Positions 42,709 through 51,789 of a stretch of 64,000 nt of DNA are shown here, piece by piece; positions within the stretch are counted from its first letter, which is position 1, and each line of letters begins with the position of its first letter. The stretch is taken from contig JBBRPR010000051.1 in NCBI GenBank assembly GCA_038227875.1, positions 1-64,000 on the forward strand, given 5' to 3'. This DNA comes from Planctomycetota bacterium. Its GTDB lineage: Bacteria; Planctomycetota; SZUA-567; H5-PLA8. Position numbers and translations under genes: made by a program. The notes beneath the pieces were generated by a model that saw only the letters and a list, made by a program, of their open reading frames with translations, was not told the origin of the DNA and did no database searches.

Positions 42709-43086
42709 TTAAGCGACGGGCGGAGCGCGGCTGGGCGGAAGAACGGCGGATGTGGCGGAGACTTCATTGCTGAAGCGCGCAAAACCGCGCAGAGGCGGCA
42801 ACGGCAGAATGGCGACAACATGAAACGTCGACGGAACATCCGGCGCGACGATGCCCAGCTCACACACGGGGCAGGCGTGAGCCGACGAAACGAGCACATT
42901 GGAAAGTCGAGTCACGTGCTTGGTAGCGGGACGCCAGGTGCATGAACAGGGCGCTGGTGCGTTAACGCTTTGGACCGGAGCGGCGCTGAATTGCGTGCTC
43001 GCATGCCAGCCCGCACCCATCCACACGCCGTGAGCCAGCGCCCAGAGCAGGACAAGCGGAAGACTGATTCGGCGGGAACGCATCAT
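42709..43086 (-). CDS. DUF2946-like leader protein with CxxC and C-terminal RAPP motif
   Basis: Signal-like N-terminus, HACPVC, ends LPPSRAPPVA-stop; first gene upstream of the transporter genes. Confidence 0.75.
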   Translation of the reverse strand: MMRSRRISLPLVLLWALAHGVWMGAGWHASTQFSAAPVQSVNAPAPCSCTWRPATKHVTRLSNVLVSSAHACPVCELGIVAPDVPSTFHVVAILPLPPLRGFARFSNEVSATSAVLPPSRAPPVA

Positions 43087-43182
43087 GCGGCAGACACCTA
43101 TACGGGACTACCTTCTATACGAATCAAACCCGAGAACGGTTCGGAGGTCAACACGTAAAGTATAAATCGGCCACGATTGCCG

Positions 43183-44904
43183 TCACACCTGCAGCACGCC
43201 CGTCTTGAAGTCTTCGATTTCGTGATTCTGCGCGGCCATTTCCAAACCGACGCTCAGCCATTCGCGCGTGTCGGACGGTTCGATCAGGCCGTCGACCCAT
43301 AGCCGCGCCGCCGCGTAACGGGGATCGGTCTGCTCGGTGTACGATTCGCGGATGCGTTTGAGCAGTTCGGCTTCGTCGGCGGGCGTGATCGCCTTGCCAG
43401 ATTTCTTGAGCTGCGCGATTTTCAGATCCAGCAGCGTGCGCGCGGCCTGCTCGCCGCCCATCACGGCGTAACGGGCCGTCGGCCACGCGAGAATCATGCG
43501 CGGATCGAAGGCTTTTCCGCAGAGCGCGTAGTGCCCCGCGCCATAAGAGCCGCCGACGATGATGCTGAATTTCGGTACCACCGAATTGCTCACCGCGTTC
43601 ACCAGTTTCGCGCCGGAACGGATGATGCCGTCGATCTCCGCCTGGCGGCCGACCATGAAGCCGTTGACATCGTGGATGAAAATCAGCGGCGTGCGGTTCT
43701 GGTTGCAGTCCATCACGAATCGCGCGGCTTTGTCGGCGCTCTCGGGATAGATCACGCCGCCCATTTCGAATTGCTTCCCGGGCTCGCGGACGTGCTTTTT
43801 CTGATTGGCCACAATGCCTACCGACCAGCCGTCGATGCGCGCAAACGCGCAGACCAGCGTCTGGCCGTACTCGGCCTTGTATTCGTCGAGACTGCCGGCG
43901 TCGACGATGCATTCCAGCAGGCTGCGGATGTCGTACTCTGTTCCCGGTTTCAGCGGCATGCGCGACTGAAGTTCCGACGCAGCCACCGCCGGTTCGGCCG
44001 ACTTTGCGCGGCGGAAAATCGGCGCGGGAACTGGCGGCCAGTGTTCGGCCAGGCGCCGCACGCGCTCGATCGCCGCGACGTCGTTCTTCTCGTGGAAATC
44101 GATCGTGCCGCTCAACGCGGCATGTAAGGTGGCGCCGCCGATCTGATCGCTAGTGAGGTCCTGCCCGATCGCCGCTTTCACCAGCGACGGACCGGCGATG
44201 TAAAGACCCGAGCCTTCGGTCATCACGATCTTGTCGCACATCACCGGCAGGTATGCGCCGCCGGCCACGCACGAACCCATGATCGCCGCGAGCTGTGGGA
44301 CGCCAGCGGCGCTGATGCGCGCGTTGTTGCGGAAGATGCGGCCGAAGTCGTCTTCGTCGGGAAAAACTTCATCCTGCAACGGCAGGAACACGCCGGCGGA
44401 ATCGACGAGGTAGATCAGCGGCAGGCGGTTGTCCATGGCGATGCGCTGGGCGCGCAGCGTCTTCTTTGCCGTCATCGGAAAAAACGCGCCGGCTTTCACC
44501 GTCGCGTCATTGGCGATAATCATGCACAGGCGGCCGGCCACGCGGCCGACGCCGGTGATCACGCCGGCCGACGGCGCGCCGCCCCATTCTTCGTACATAT
44601 TCCAGGCGGCGAACAAACTCAGTTCGTGAAACGGCGCATCGCGGTCGAGCAGCGCCGCGATCCGTTCGCGCGCGGTCATGCGGCCGCGTTTGTGCTGCTT
44701 GTCGATGTTCTCCGGCCCGCCGCCCAATCGCGCGAAAGCCGCGTCGCGCCGCAGATCGGAGAGCAGGTCCCGCCACGGATCCACATCGGGCGCCGAAATT
44801 TTCACCAGGCGCCCGGAGGCCGTGGTTTGAATTTCCGGCTCGCGCTGCAATTTGATGGCGGGCATGTTACTGCGGCTGATGCGTTTATTTTCACCGGTGG
44901 CCAC
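43183..44904 (-). CDS. Acyl-CoA carboxylase carboxyltransferase (beta) subunit, MCC-like
   Basis: GRMTARERI, ANDATVKAGA, GSCVAGGAY, DVNGFMVG, GGSYGAGHY; AGGAG then GTG at 44904 (alternative ATG 44865). Confidence 0.93.
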   Translation of the reverse strand: MATGENKRISRSNMPAIKLQREPEIQTTASGRLVKISAPDVDPWRDLLSDLRRDAAFARLGGGPENIDKQHKRGRMTARERIAALLDRDAPFHELSLFAAWNMYEEWGGAPSAGVITGVGRVAGRLCMIIANDATVKAGAFFPMTAKKTLRAQRIAMDNRLPLIYLVDSAGVFLPLQDEVFPDEDDFGRIFRNNARISAAGVPQLAAIMGSCVAGGAYLPVMCDKIVMTEGSGLYIAGPSLVKAAIGQDLTSDQIGGATLHAALSGTIDFHEKNDVAAIERVRRLAEHWPPVPAPIFRRAKSAEPAVAASELQSRMPLKPGTEYDIRSLLECIVDAGSLDEYKAEYGQTLVCAFARIDGWSVGIVANQKKHVREPGKQFEMGGVIYPESADKAARFVMDCNQNRTPLIFIHDVNGFMVGRQAEIDGIIRSGAKLVNAVSNSVVPKFSIIVGGSYGAGHYALCGKAFDPRMILAWPTARYAVMGGEQAARTLLDLKIAQLKKSGKAITPADEAELLKRIRESYTEQTDPRYAAARLWVDGLIEPSDTREWLSVGLEMAAQNHEIEDFKTGVLQV

Positions 44905-44968
44905 GCGGGTCTCCTGAATGGATGCGGACACCCACAGCATAGCAGCCCGAGGCCAAAGGTCTAATCTG

Positions 44969-45811
44969 TCATCGGGATCCACCGCGCATTTCCGCATCGA
45001 TTGCCGTCAGCGCGGCCAGCGCGCCCATCGGCAAGGCGAGATGCGGTTCCGGCGTTTCGAGATCGCGGAGGTTGATGCGGATCAGTTTACCCTCACGTTG
45101 ACGGGCCACGTTTTCGCCGAACATGCGCACGGTCGGCACCGTGATGCCCGCACCGAGCTCCACGATCACCACTTTCCGCGGTTCGAGTTCCCGCAGCCAG
45201 CGGTTCATGTGGTTGGCGCTTTCGCGAGAGCGCTCGTACTCCCAATCCGCATCCCGAAACATGAGGATATTCGGTCGCGCCAGCGCGCCGCAGGCCGGGC
45301 ACTTCGGTAACGGCGGGCGCGCACGCATCGTGGCGAGATCGACGACCGGTCGCAGTTTCTCGGCTGAGAAAATGCCGATGCCGCATTTCTTTATGCACTG
45401 CATCCACAGCAGACTGCCGTGAACTTCAGTCACAAGCTCCTGCGGAAATTGCGCGGATTGAAACGCGCCATCGACATTGGAAGTAAACACGTAGCCGCCC
45501 AGCGGCATGGACTTCGTCCATTTCCACAGAATGCCGAAGCCTTCGTGTGGGATTGTGGCGCGGTAGAGATTCAGGCGGTGGCCGTAAAATCCCCACGCGA
45601 ATTCCGGATCGCTTTCGAGCCACTCCGGATCAGCCAGATCGTTGAATTTCAGTCCCAGCTTTTCATAGGGCGGATACGCCTTCCAGAAGCCCTCCGCGCC
45701 GCGGAAATCGGGCAGGCCGGAATCCACGCCCATCCCGGCTCCGGCGGTGATTAGAATCGCCTGAGCATTGCTGATAATGTCGGCGGCCTGGCGGATGAGA
45801 GTAGTAGACAT
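44969..45811 (-). CDS. Sir2-family NAD-dependent deacylase (copy 2)
   Basis: GAGMGVDSGLPDFRG, TSNVDG, EVHGS, CIKKC...CPAC zinc ligands, ELGAG, RIN. Confidence 0.93.
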   Translation of the reverse strand: MSTTLIRQAADIISNAQAILITAGAGMGVDSGLPDFRGAEGFWKAYPPYEKLGLKFNDLADPEWLESDPEFAWGFYGHRLNLYRATIPHEGFGILWKWTKSMPLGGYVFTSNVDGAFQSAQFPQELVTEVHGSLLWMQCIKKCGIGIFSAEKLRPVVDLATMRARPPLPKCPACGALARPNILMFRDADWEYERSRESANHMNRWLRELEPRKVVIVELGAGITVPTVRMFGENVARQREGKLIRINLRDLETPEPHLALPMGALAALTAIDAEMRGGSR

Positions 45812-45864
45812 AGTTGCCTCGTTGCAAAATTGTGATGGAGCGATTTCCATTCGCCCAGTTTGAA

Positions 45865-46731
45865 CTACGACGCGTGAGCGGCGGTTTTGGACCTGGGCGC
45901 GTCTTTTATTTCCGCATCAATCGCCTGCAGCGCGGCCAGCGCGCCCATCGGGATCGCAAGATGCGGCTTCGGCGTTTCGAGATCGCGCACGTTGATGCGG
46001 ATCAGTTTGCCGTCACACATATGTGCCATCTGTTCGCTGAATACGCGAATCGTGGGGATCGCCACGCCGGCTCCCAATTCAACGATGACCAGTTGGTTGG
46101 GTTTGAGCGTCTGCAGCCATTCATTCATTTTCGCCGCGCTACTATGGGAGCGGCGATTGTCCCAATTTTGGTCGCCGAACATCAGGATATTCGGCCGCGC
46201 CAGCGCTCCACACGCCGGGCACTTTGGCAGTGGCTGACGCGCACGCATTGTGGTTTCGTCGATGACCGGGCGGATTTTGTCGCTCGAGAAAATTCCGATG
46301 CCGCACTTCTTAATGCATTGCATCCACAGCAAACTGCCGTGAACCTCCGAGACCGTCTCCGGCGGAAATTGAGCGGCCTGAAACGCGCCATCGACATTGG
46401 ATGTGAACACGTATCCGCCCCGCGGCTTTGATTTTGTCCAATTGAGCAGAATCCCGAAGCCGTCGTGAGGCACAGTGGCGCGGTACAGATTCAAGCGGTG
46501 TCCGTAGAAGCCCCACGCGAATTCCGGATCGCTTTCGAGCCACTCCGGATTGGCCAGATCGGCGAAGCTCAGGCCGAGTTTTGCGTACGGCGGGTACGCT
46601 TTCCAGAAACCCTCGGTGCCGCGGAAATCGGGCAGGCCGGAATCCACGCCCATCCCTGCACCGGCGGTGATTAATAGTGCCTGAGCGTTGCTGATGATGT
46701 CGGCAGCCTGTCGGATCGATTCGGATGACAT
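45865..46731 (-). CDS. Sir2-family NAD-dependent deacylase (copy 1)
   Basis: Same motifs; colinear with the neighbour without gaps. Confidence 0.93.
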   Translation of the reverse strand: MSSESIRQAADIISNAQALLITAGAGMGVDSGLPDFRGTEGFWKAYPPYAKLGLSFADLANPEWLESDPEFAWGFYGHRLNLYRATVPHDGFGILLNWTKSKPRGGYVFTSNVDGAFQAAQFPPETVSEVHGSLLWMQCIKKCGIGIFSSDKIRPVIDETTMRARQPLPKCPACGALARPNILMFGDQNWDNRRSHSSAAKMNEWLQTLKPNQLVIVELGAGVAIPTIRVFSEQMAHMCDGKLIRINVRDLETPKPHLAIPMGALAALQAIDAEIKDAPRSKTAAHAS

Positions 46732-46970
46732 AAAAAGCGCTTCGCAGTCATAGTGTCAAGGTTACACTATAAATTTGACGTCCGCAACTTTTCGAGCGTT
46801 ATTTCGAACGAAAATTCGATTTGTTCTCCGCTGCACGCGTGGACTCGGAAGCTTTTTCAACTTTTCACTCTCACGTTTCGACTCATCACGTCTCCAACAT
46901 TCTGTCGCATTTCCACCCGCTTGGCCTATGATTCACGCTTCAACTGTGCGGCCCAGACCAAGGAGTTCTT

Positions 46971-48089
46971 GTGAAATCCAGCAGTTCCGTTCTCGCAGGC
47001 AAGCCCCTGAAAAAGAAAAACAAATTGATCGCAAAGGCTCCGGCCGCGAAGCGCGCCGTAAAGTCCCCTGCCCTGCCCCCGCCTCCGCCATTGTGCGATG
47101 CCGGCGACATGGTCGTCGCGGCGCAAGTGCTGCAGAAATTGAAAGGCGCGAAGAGCATCCTGATCACCGGGCACGAACGTCCCGACGGCGACTGCATCGG
47201 CAGCGCGGTGGGCTTATGTTCGGCGCTGCGCGCGGCGGGCTACAACGCGCGGATCCTCAACGCCGATCCCGTGCCCGATCGCTATGCGTACATGAACACG
47301 GAGAACATGGTCACGCAGTCCAAGCCGGGCGAGAAATTCGAAGCCGACGTGCTGTTCGTGATCGATTCGACCGACCTCTCGCGCCTGGGAAAATTGAAGC
47401 GCGAACAGTTCACCGTCAAAACCGTGATCGACATTGACCACCACCTCGGCAATCCGCATTTCGGCGACGTTAACTGGATCCTCACCGAAGCGTCCTCGAC
47501 CGGCGAGCTGATCTGGCGGCTGGTCACCTGTTGCGGCTGGAAAATTCCGCAGGTCGGACTCGAATCGCTTTACACGGCGATCGTCACCGACACTGGCCAA
47601 TTCGCTTATGCCAACACCTCGGCGCGGGTGCTCCACATTGCCGCGAAGCTGATCGAAGCGGGTGTCAATCCCGAAAGCCTCTGGCGGCGCATCTACCTGA
47701 ACAAATCGCTCAACGAACTGGAATTGGAATCGCGCGCGCGGGCGAGCCTGGAATGCGCGGCCAACGGGCAGATCTGCTGCATTTCGCTGAAGTACTCCGA
47801 TTTTGTCGAAACCCACACTGGCTCGCAGCACACCGAGGAACTCGCCAGCATTCCCCGCTCGCTCAATGGCGTGCGGCTGGCACTGTTCATGTACGGAATC
47901 GACGAGGGGCGGCACACGAAAGTCAGCGTGCGCACGATGCCGGGCGTCGATGCGACGCTGCTGGCGAAAAAGTTCGGCGGCGGCGGACACCGCCAGGCGG
48001 CCGGCTGCACACTGCCCTTGAAACTCGCCGACGCCAAGAAGAAAGTCATCGCTGAAGCCGAGAAGTTGCTCGCCGAATCCAAAAGCTGA
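46971..48089 (+). CDS. nrnA: DHH/DHHA1 phosphoesterase (NrnA-like nanoRNase/pAp phosphatase)
   Basis: HERPDGDCIGS, IDHH, TDTGQF, GGGGHRQAAG. Confidence 0.9.
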   Translation: MKSSSSVLAGKPLKKKNKLIAKAPAAKRAVKSPALPPPPPLCDAGDMVVAAQVLQKLKGAKSILITGHERPDGDCIGSAVGLCSALRAAGYNARILNADPVPDRYAYMNTENMVTQSKPGEKFEADVLFVIDSTDLSRLGKLKREQFTVKTVIDIDHHLGNPHFGDVNWILTEASSTGELIWRLVTCCGWKIPQVGLESLYTAIVTDTGQFAYANTSARVLHIAAKLIEAGVNPESLWRRIYLNKSLNELELESRARASLECAANGQICCISLKYSDFVETHTGSQHTEELASIPRSLNGVRLALFMYGIDEGRHTKVSVRTMPGVDATLLAKKFGGGGHRQAAGCTLPLKLADAKKKVIAEAEKLLAESKS

Positions 48090-48129
48090 AGTTTCACTTT
48101 CTCAAAGCAGCACGAGCCGGAGCGCGACC

Positions 48130-48633
48130 ATGACTCCCGTCGAAATGCCGAAGGCCAACGAGAACCTGACCGAAGCGACGCTCGACCGCTGGTTGGTGAA
48201 GGAAGGCGATCGCGTCGAAAAAGACGGCTCGCTCTGCGAGATCATTACCGATAAAGCAACATTCCCGATGCCCTCGCCCTGTGCGGGCGTGGTGGTGAAG
48301 TTGCTCGCGCCCGAACGCGCGGTATTGCCGGTGGGCTACGCGATGTGCCTGGTCGGCGATCCCGGCGAAGCTCTTCCGACGGGCATCGACGCGAAAAACA
48401 CGGCGCTGCTGGCCGCGCATCGCGCTGCCGCGACGGCAGTCGCGCCACCGTCCGCAACTGGAACATCGACTTCAGCTGCCGCGCCGGTTTCCGGAGCGGG
48501 CGTGCGCGCCACGCCGGCGGCTCGACGGCTGGCGAAGGAAGCGGGCATCAATCTCGCCGACGTCGTCGCCAAATTGAAGCTCAGCGGACCCGTGAACGAA
48601 GCAGACATCAAGAAATTCCTGGAAGCGAAGTAA
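48130..48633 (+). CDS. Stand-alone lipoyl domain + E3-binding (PSBD) protein with no catalytic domain
   Basis: WLVKEGDRV, EIITDKA lipoyl-Lys motif, Ala/Pro linker, RATPAARRLAKEAGINL; stop right after the PSBD. Confidence 0.85.
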   Translation: MTPVEMPKANENLTEATLDRWLVKEGDRVEKDGSLCEIITDKATFPMPSPCAGVVVKLLAPERAVLPVGYAMCLVGDPGEALPTGIDAKNTALLAAHRAAATAVAPPSATGTSTSAAAPVSGAGVRATPAARRLAKEAGINLADVVAKLKLSGPVNEADIKKFLEAK

Positions 48634-49013
48634 TGATCGTCGGCATCGGCATCGACTTGGTCGAAGTCTCCCGCATCCGCTCGGTCTACGAGCGCCACCG
48701 CGAGCGCTTCGTCAACCGGATCCTCACGCCGGCCGAACGCGCTTACGTGTTGCGCCATCGCGATCCGAGCGAGCGGCTGGCCGGCCGCTGGGCGGCGAAG
48801 GAAGCGGCGTTGAAGGCACTGGGCACGGGGCTGTCGGCAGGTATCCGCTGGCAGGACGCTGAAATTCTCCCGGACGAGCGCGGCAAACCGATCCTGCAAT
48901 TCCATGGCAACGCCGCGACGCTCGCCGCGCAACTCGGCGCGAACGTCCTTCATGTCACGATCACTCACGGTGGCGAAATCGCCTTCGCGCAGGTGATTCT
49001 CGAGAAAGTCTGA
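48633..49013 (+). CDS. acpS: Holo-ACP synthase
   Basis: MIVGIGIDLVEV, AGRWAAKEAALKALGTG, GKP, ITH; TAATG coupling. Confidence 0.95.
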   Translation: MIVGIGIDLVEVSRIRSVYERHRERFVNRILTPAERAYVLRHRDPSERLAGRWAAKEAALKALGTGLSAGIRWQDAEILPDERGKPILQFHGNAATLAAQLGANVLHVTITHGGEIAFAQVILEKV

Positions 49014-49026
49014 AGCTTCAACCGCG

Positions 49027-51027
49027 CTACTTATCAAAGTCGGGATTGTTGTCCGGCGTCACTTGAGCTGCCGCGGGATGATTCGTCCATTCGGCGATCA
49101 CGTATTCCTTAACGTCAAAGCGACGGCCACCGAAACCGCCCGGTCCACCGGGCCCGCCGGGACCACCCCAGCCGCCTGGACCACCGGGGCCGGGCGGTGG
49201 AAATCCGCCGCCACCGCCCGGAGGAGGCGGAGGCATGCCGCCAGGTCCGCCGGGGCCGGGAGGTCCCCCGCCCCAGTTGCCGCGGTTGCGCGGGCCGCCA
49301 CCGCCGCGATTACGGCGCCCGCCCAACATGCCGCCCATTCCGCCCATCCCATTGAGAGGTTCTTCGGGCGGATCGGGAAGCGCGATGCGCTGGACGATTT
49401 TGAATTCACTTTTCGAAAATCCGTGCGCGCCGAGGCCGTCGAGTTCCGTTTCGGCGCCGACGAAGTAGACCTTGCTCTCGCCAGCCCACGCCTTCAACGC
49501 GGCGACGAGCGCCACTTCTTTTTCGCTCGCCGGCATCTCGCCGTACTTCGCTTCGAAGAGTTGCGACTTCTTTGACTGCTGAGGCGACGGTTCATTGGGA
49601 TCGCGGTCGGAATTGTTGAAGCGGCCAAAGCCGCGCATGCGCGATTGCAGCAGTTCGGCATCGGCCAGCTTCCAGTGATGAATGTAGTCGAGATGCTGCT
49701 GAATCTGCTGATCGGCGATGAGCACCGCGCCGTGTTCGACGGTGGCTTCGAGTTTCTCGGTGGTCAGCGCGAGCACTTTCTTCTCGTGAGCCGTCCGCTC
49801 GTACTCGGGCATGGAATTCCACGCGCCCCAGAAAATCTGAAACGCAAACAACGTCCCCAGCGCCGCGACGCGAATCGACGTGGTCTGACTGGCGAGCACC
49901 GTTTTCAAAAACCACAATCCGGCGATGACGTAACAGGCGAACGTGGGCAGCAGGTAGCGCATGTTCATGCCGTTACCATTGTTCAGCCCCATGCCCCAGT
50001 AGTAGGCCATGTAGAGGAGCGGAGATGGCACGGCGATCAACGTCAGCAGCACGCCGGTGCGGCGGTACTGCGGGTGCAGGCACATTGCGGCCATGCCCAC
50101 CACGCCGAAGGGAAAGAGCAGGCCCAGCCCATCGGCGTGCAGGCTGCGGATGTAGCCGGTGAAGTGCTCCTTGAAGTAATTCCAGCCGAAGCCGGATTGT
50201 TCGTGCGTCAGAACGTACGCCGTTTTGTAGAACGCACCGAAGGCGCTCTGGTTGCGAATCAGCAGCGGGAGCAGCGGAATCGCGGCTCCGGCGACGGCCG
50301 CGAGCACCTGCAGCCAGCGTCGCTCCTTCGTGCGCAATTCCCAGAGGGCGAAGGCCGCAATGCCGAGCGCGAACGTCGCTTCCGGGTAGCGGACGGTGGG
50401 GATGCAGCCGAGCAGCAGTCCGGCCGCGAAGATCTCGCGCGCGTGTCCGTTCGCTGCCCAGCGCGCGAGGAAGAAGAGCCCCCAGATCAGCAGGCAGAGC
50501 ACCGGCATGTGCGCATAGTTGTATTGTGCGTGGAGATTAAAGACGGGATTGATCGCGAGCAGAAACACACCGGCCAGCGCGTACCACTCTCCGAGAAAAC
50601 GTTTCAGCAGAAAGAACAGCCCGATCAGCGCGAGCGTCGCAAAGGCCGGATCGACCCACGCGCACGAATTGGCGCCGAACGTTTTGTAAAGAATAGCGAT
50701 CAGCACCGACAGGCCCGGCGGGTAGCGGCTGAAGTACTTCCCGTCCTCCGTGACCAGCCAGTGCATGCCCACGAACTGGACGTCGCTCTCCTGCTGAAAC
50801 CAAGTCTGGCCCGTTTGCGCCAACAATGCGCCTTGAGCGTAATACCCATTGGCATCGGGGCTGGTGATGGCCGGTTGATCGTAACGCAGCACGAAAGCCA
50901 GCTGACCCGCCAGCACCAGCGTCAGCAGCACCCATACCCAGCGCTCGGTGTTGCGCACCGGTTCGGGCAGCGGGGCCGAAACGGCCAGCGGCACGGACTG
51001 CTCAAGTGGTGCAGAGGGCAGATCCAT
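49027..51027 (-). CDS. GT-C (GT39/ArnT-like) membrane glycosyltransferase with Gly/Pro-rich tail
   Basis: DANGY after TM1, SRYPPG, many TM helices, MRYLLP. Confidence 0.75.
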   Translation of the reverse strand: MDLPSAPLEQSVPLAVSAPLPEPVRNTERWVWVLLTLVLAGQLAFVLRYDQPAITSPDANGYYAQGALLAQTGQTWFQQESDVQFVGMHWLVTEDGKYFSRYPPGLSVLIAILYKTFGANSCAWVDPAFATLALIGLFFLLKRFLGEWYALAGVFLLAINPVFNLHAQYNYAHMPVLCLLIWGLFFLARWAANGHAREIFAAGLLLGCIPTVRYPEATFALGIAAFALWELRTKERRWLQVLAAVAGAAIPLLPLLIRNQSAFGAFYKTAYVLTHEQSGFGWNYFKEHFTGYIRSLHADGLGLLFPFGVVGMAAMCLHPQYRRTGVLLTLIAVPSPLLYMAYYWGMGLNNGNGMNMRYLLPTFACYVIAGLWFLKTVLASQTTSIRVAALGTLFAFQIFWGAWNSMPEYERTAHEKKVLALTTEKLEATVEHGAVLIADQQIQQHLDYIHHWKLADAELLQSRMRGFGRFNNSDRDPNEPSPQQSKKSQLFEAKYGEMPASEKEVALVAALKAWAGESKVYFVGAETELDGLGAHGFSKSEFKIVQRIALPDPPEEPLNGMGGMGGMLGGRRNRGGGGPRNRGNWGGGPPGPGGPGGMPPPPPGGGGGFPPPGPGGPGGWGGPGGPGGPGGFGGRRFDVKEYVIAEWTNHPAAAQVTPDNNPDFDK

Positions 51028-51230
51028 TCACGTTTCCTTTTCCTGCGAACAAAGAGCGACTCCGCGTTCGCTTTACTGCACAGTAAGCCACTCGCGATAT
51101 ATTTGTTCCCCCGTCGTACCTCCATATTTCAGCAGAATGTGCTGAGCTTCTGGAAATATCGTGAGAGGGCTTTGCAACTATAAACGTACGAATCGCGATT
51201 AGTTCACTGAATACAGCGAGGAAACTGGCG

Positions 51231-51683
51231 ATGAGTGACTCTTCCGCGGCGGACACGCTGCAATCCGGACGCAATTGGGCTCGGCGCGGGTCATGGCGCA
51301 ATGCGTTGATTTGCTTCGAGCACGCGTTGAATTTAATGGTCCGCGACGACGCGACCGCGCGTGAAATACTGAACACCGAGCTGCTTTTGTCGCGCGCGCA
51401 CTACGAGCTGAAACAGTTCTCGGCCGCCGAAGTCCATGTGCGCAATGCCATCGGCATGGAATTGGAGCTCTGCGGTCCGGATTCCTGCGACGGCAACGAA
51501 TTCCGCACGTTTTTGGTGCTCGTCCTGCTGGGCCAACAACGGACGGTGGACGCCGAACGCGAAGCCAAGCGCGCGCACCGCACCGCGATGCGTCTGCGCC
51601 CTCTTAACCGCGAGCACGTCGACCGCTGCTACGCGACGCTGCGCGTTGCGCGCTCGGCCTTGCGTGGCGAAGTGGTGCTGTGA
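51231..51683 (+). CDS. Small TPR-like helical protein
   Basis: A..CFEHAL, LSRAHYELKQFSAAE..VRNAI helical repeat pattern; GAGG RBS. Confidence 0.6.
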   Translation: MSDSSAADTLQSGRNWARRGSWRNALICFEHALNLMVRDDATAREILNTELLLSRAHYELKQFSAAEVHVRNAIGMELELCGPDSCDGNEFRTFLVLVLLGQQRTVDAEREAKRAHRTAMRLRPLNREHVDRCYATLRVARSALRGEVVL

Positions 51684-51695
51684 TGCGAGTCGCGC

Positions 51696-51789
51696 TGACC
51701 CTGTCACGGAATCGTGACAGGGTCATTTAGCATAAGGAAAATTTACCTTATGTTGGCTTTTGACCAGCGGCCAAATTTGACACAGGGTC
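51696..51789. repeat. Palindromic element, possibly a MITE/IS-end remnant or terminator between convergent genes
   Basis: 13-bp perfect stem TGACCCTGTCACG/CGTGACAGGGTCA, second stem CATAAGG/CCTTATG, and another ACAGGGTC at 51782-89. Confidence 0.6.

Noticed and set aside
44969..46731. Sirtuin pair as an anti-phage Sir2 NADase system (Thoeris, DSR, Sir2-HerA)
   Set aside because: Both are classical Zn-binding deacylase-type sirtuins with no sensor domain or defence partner
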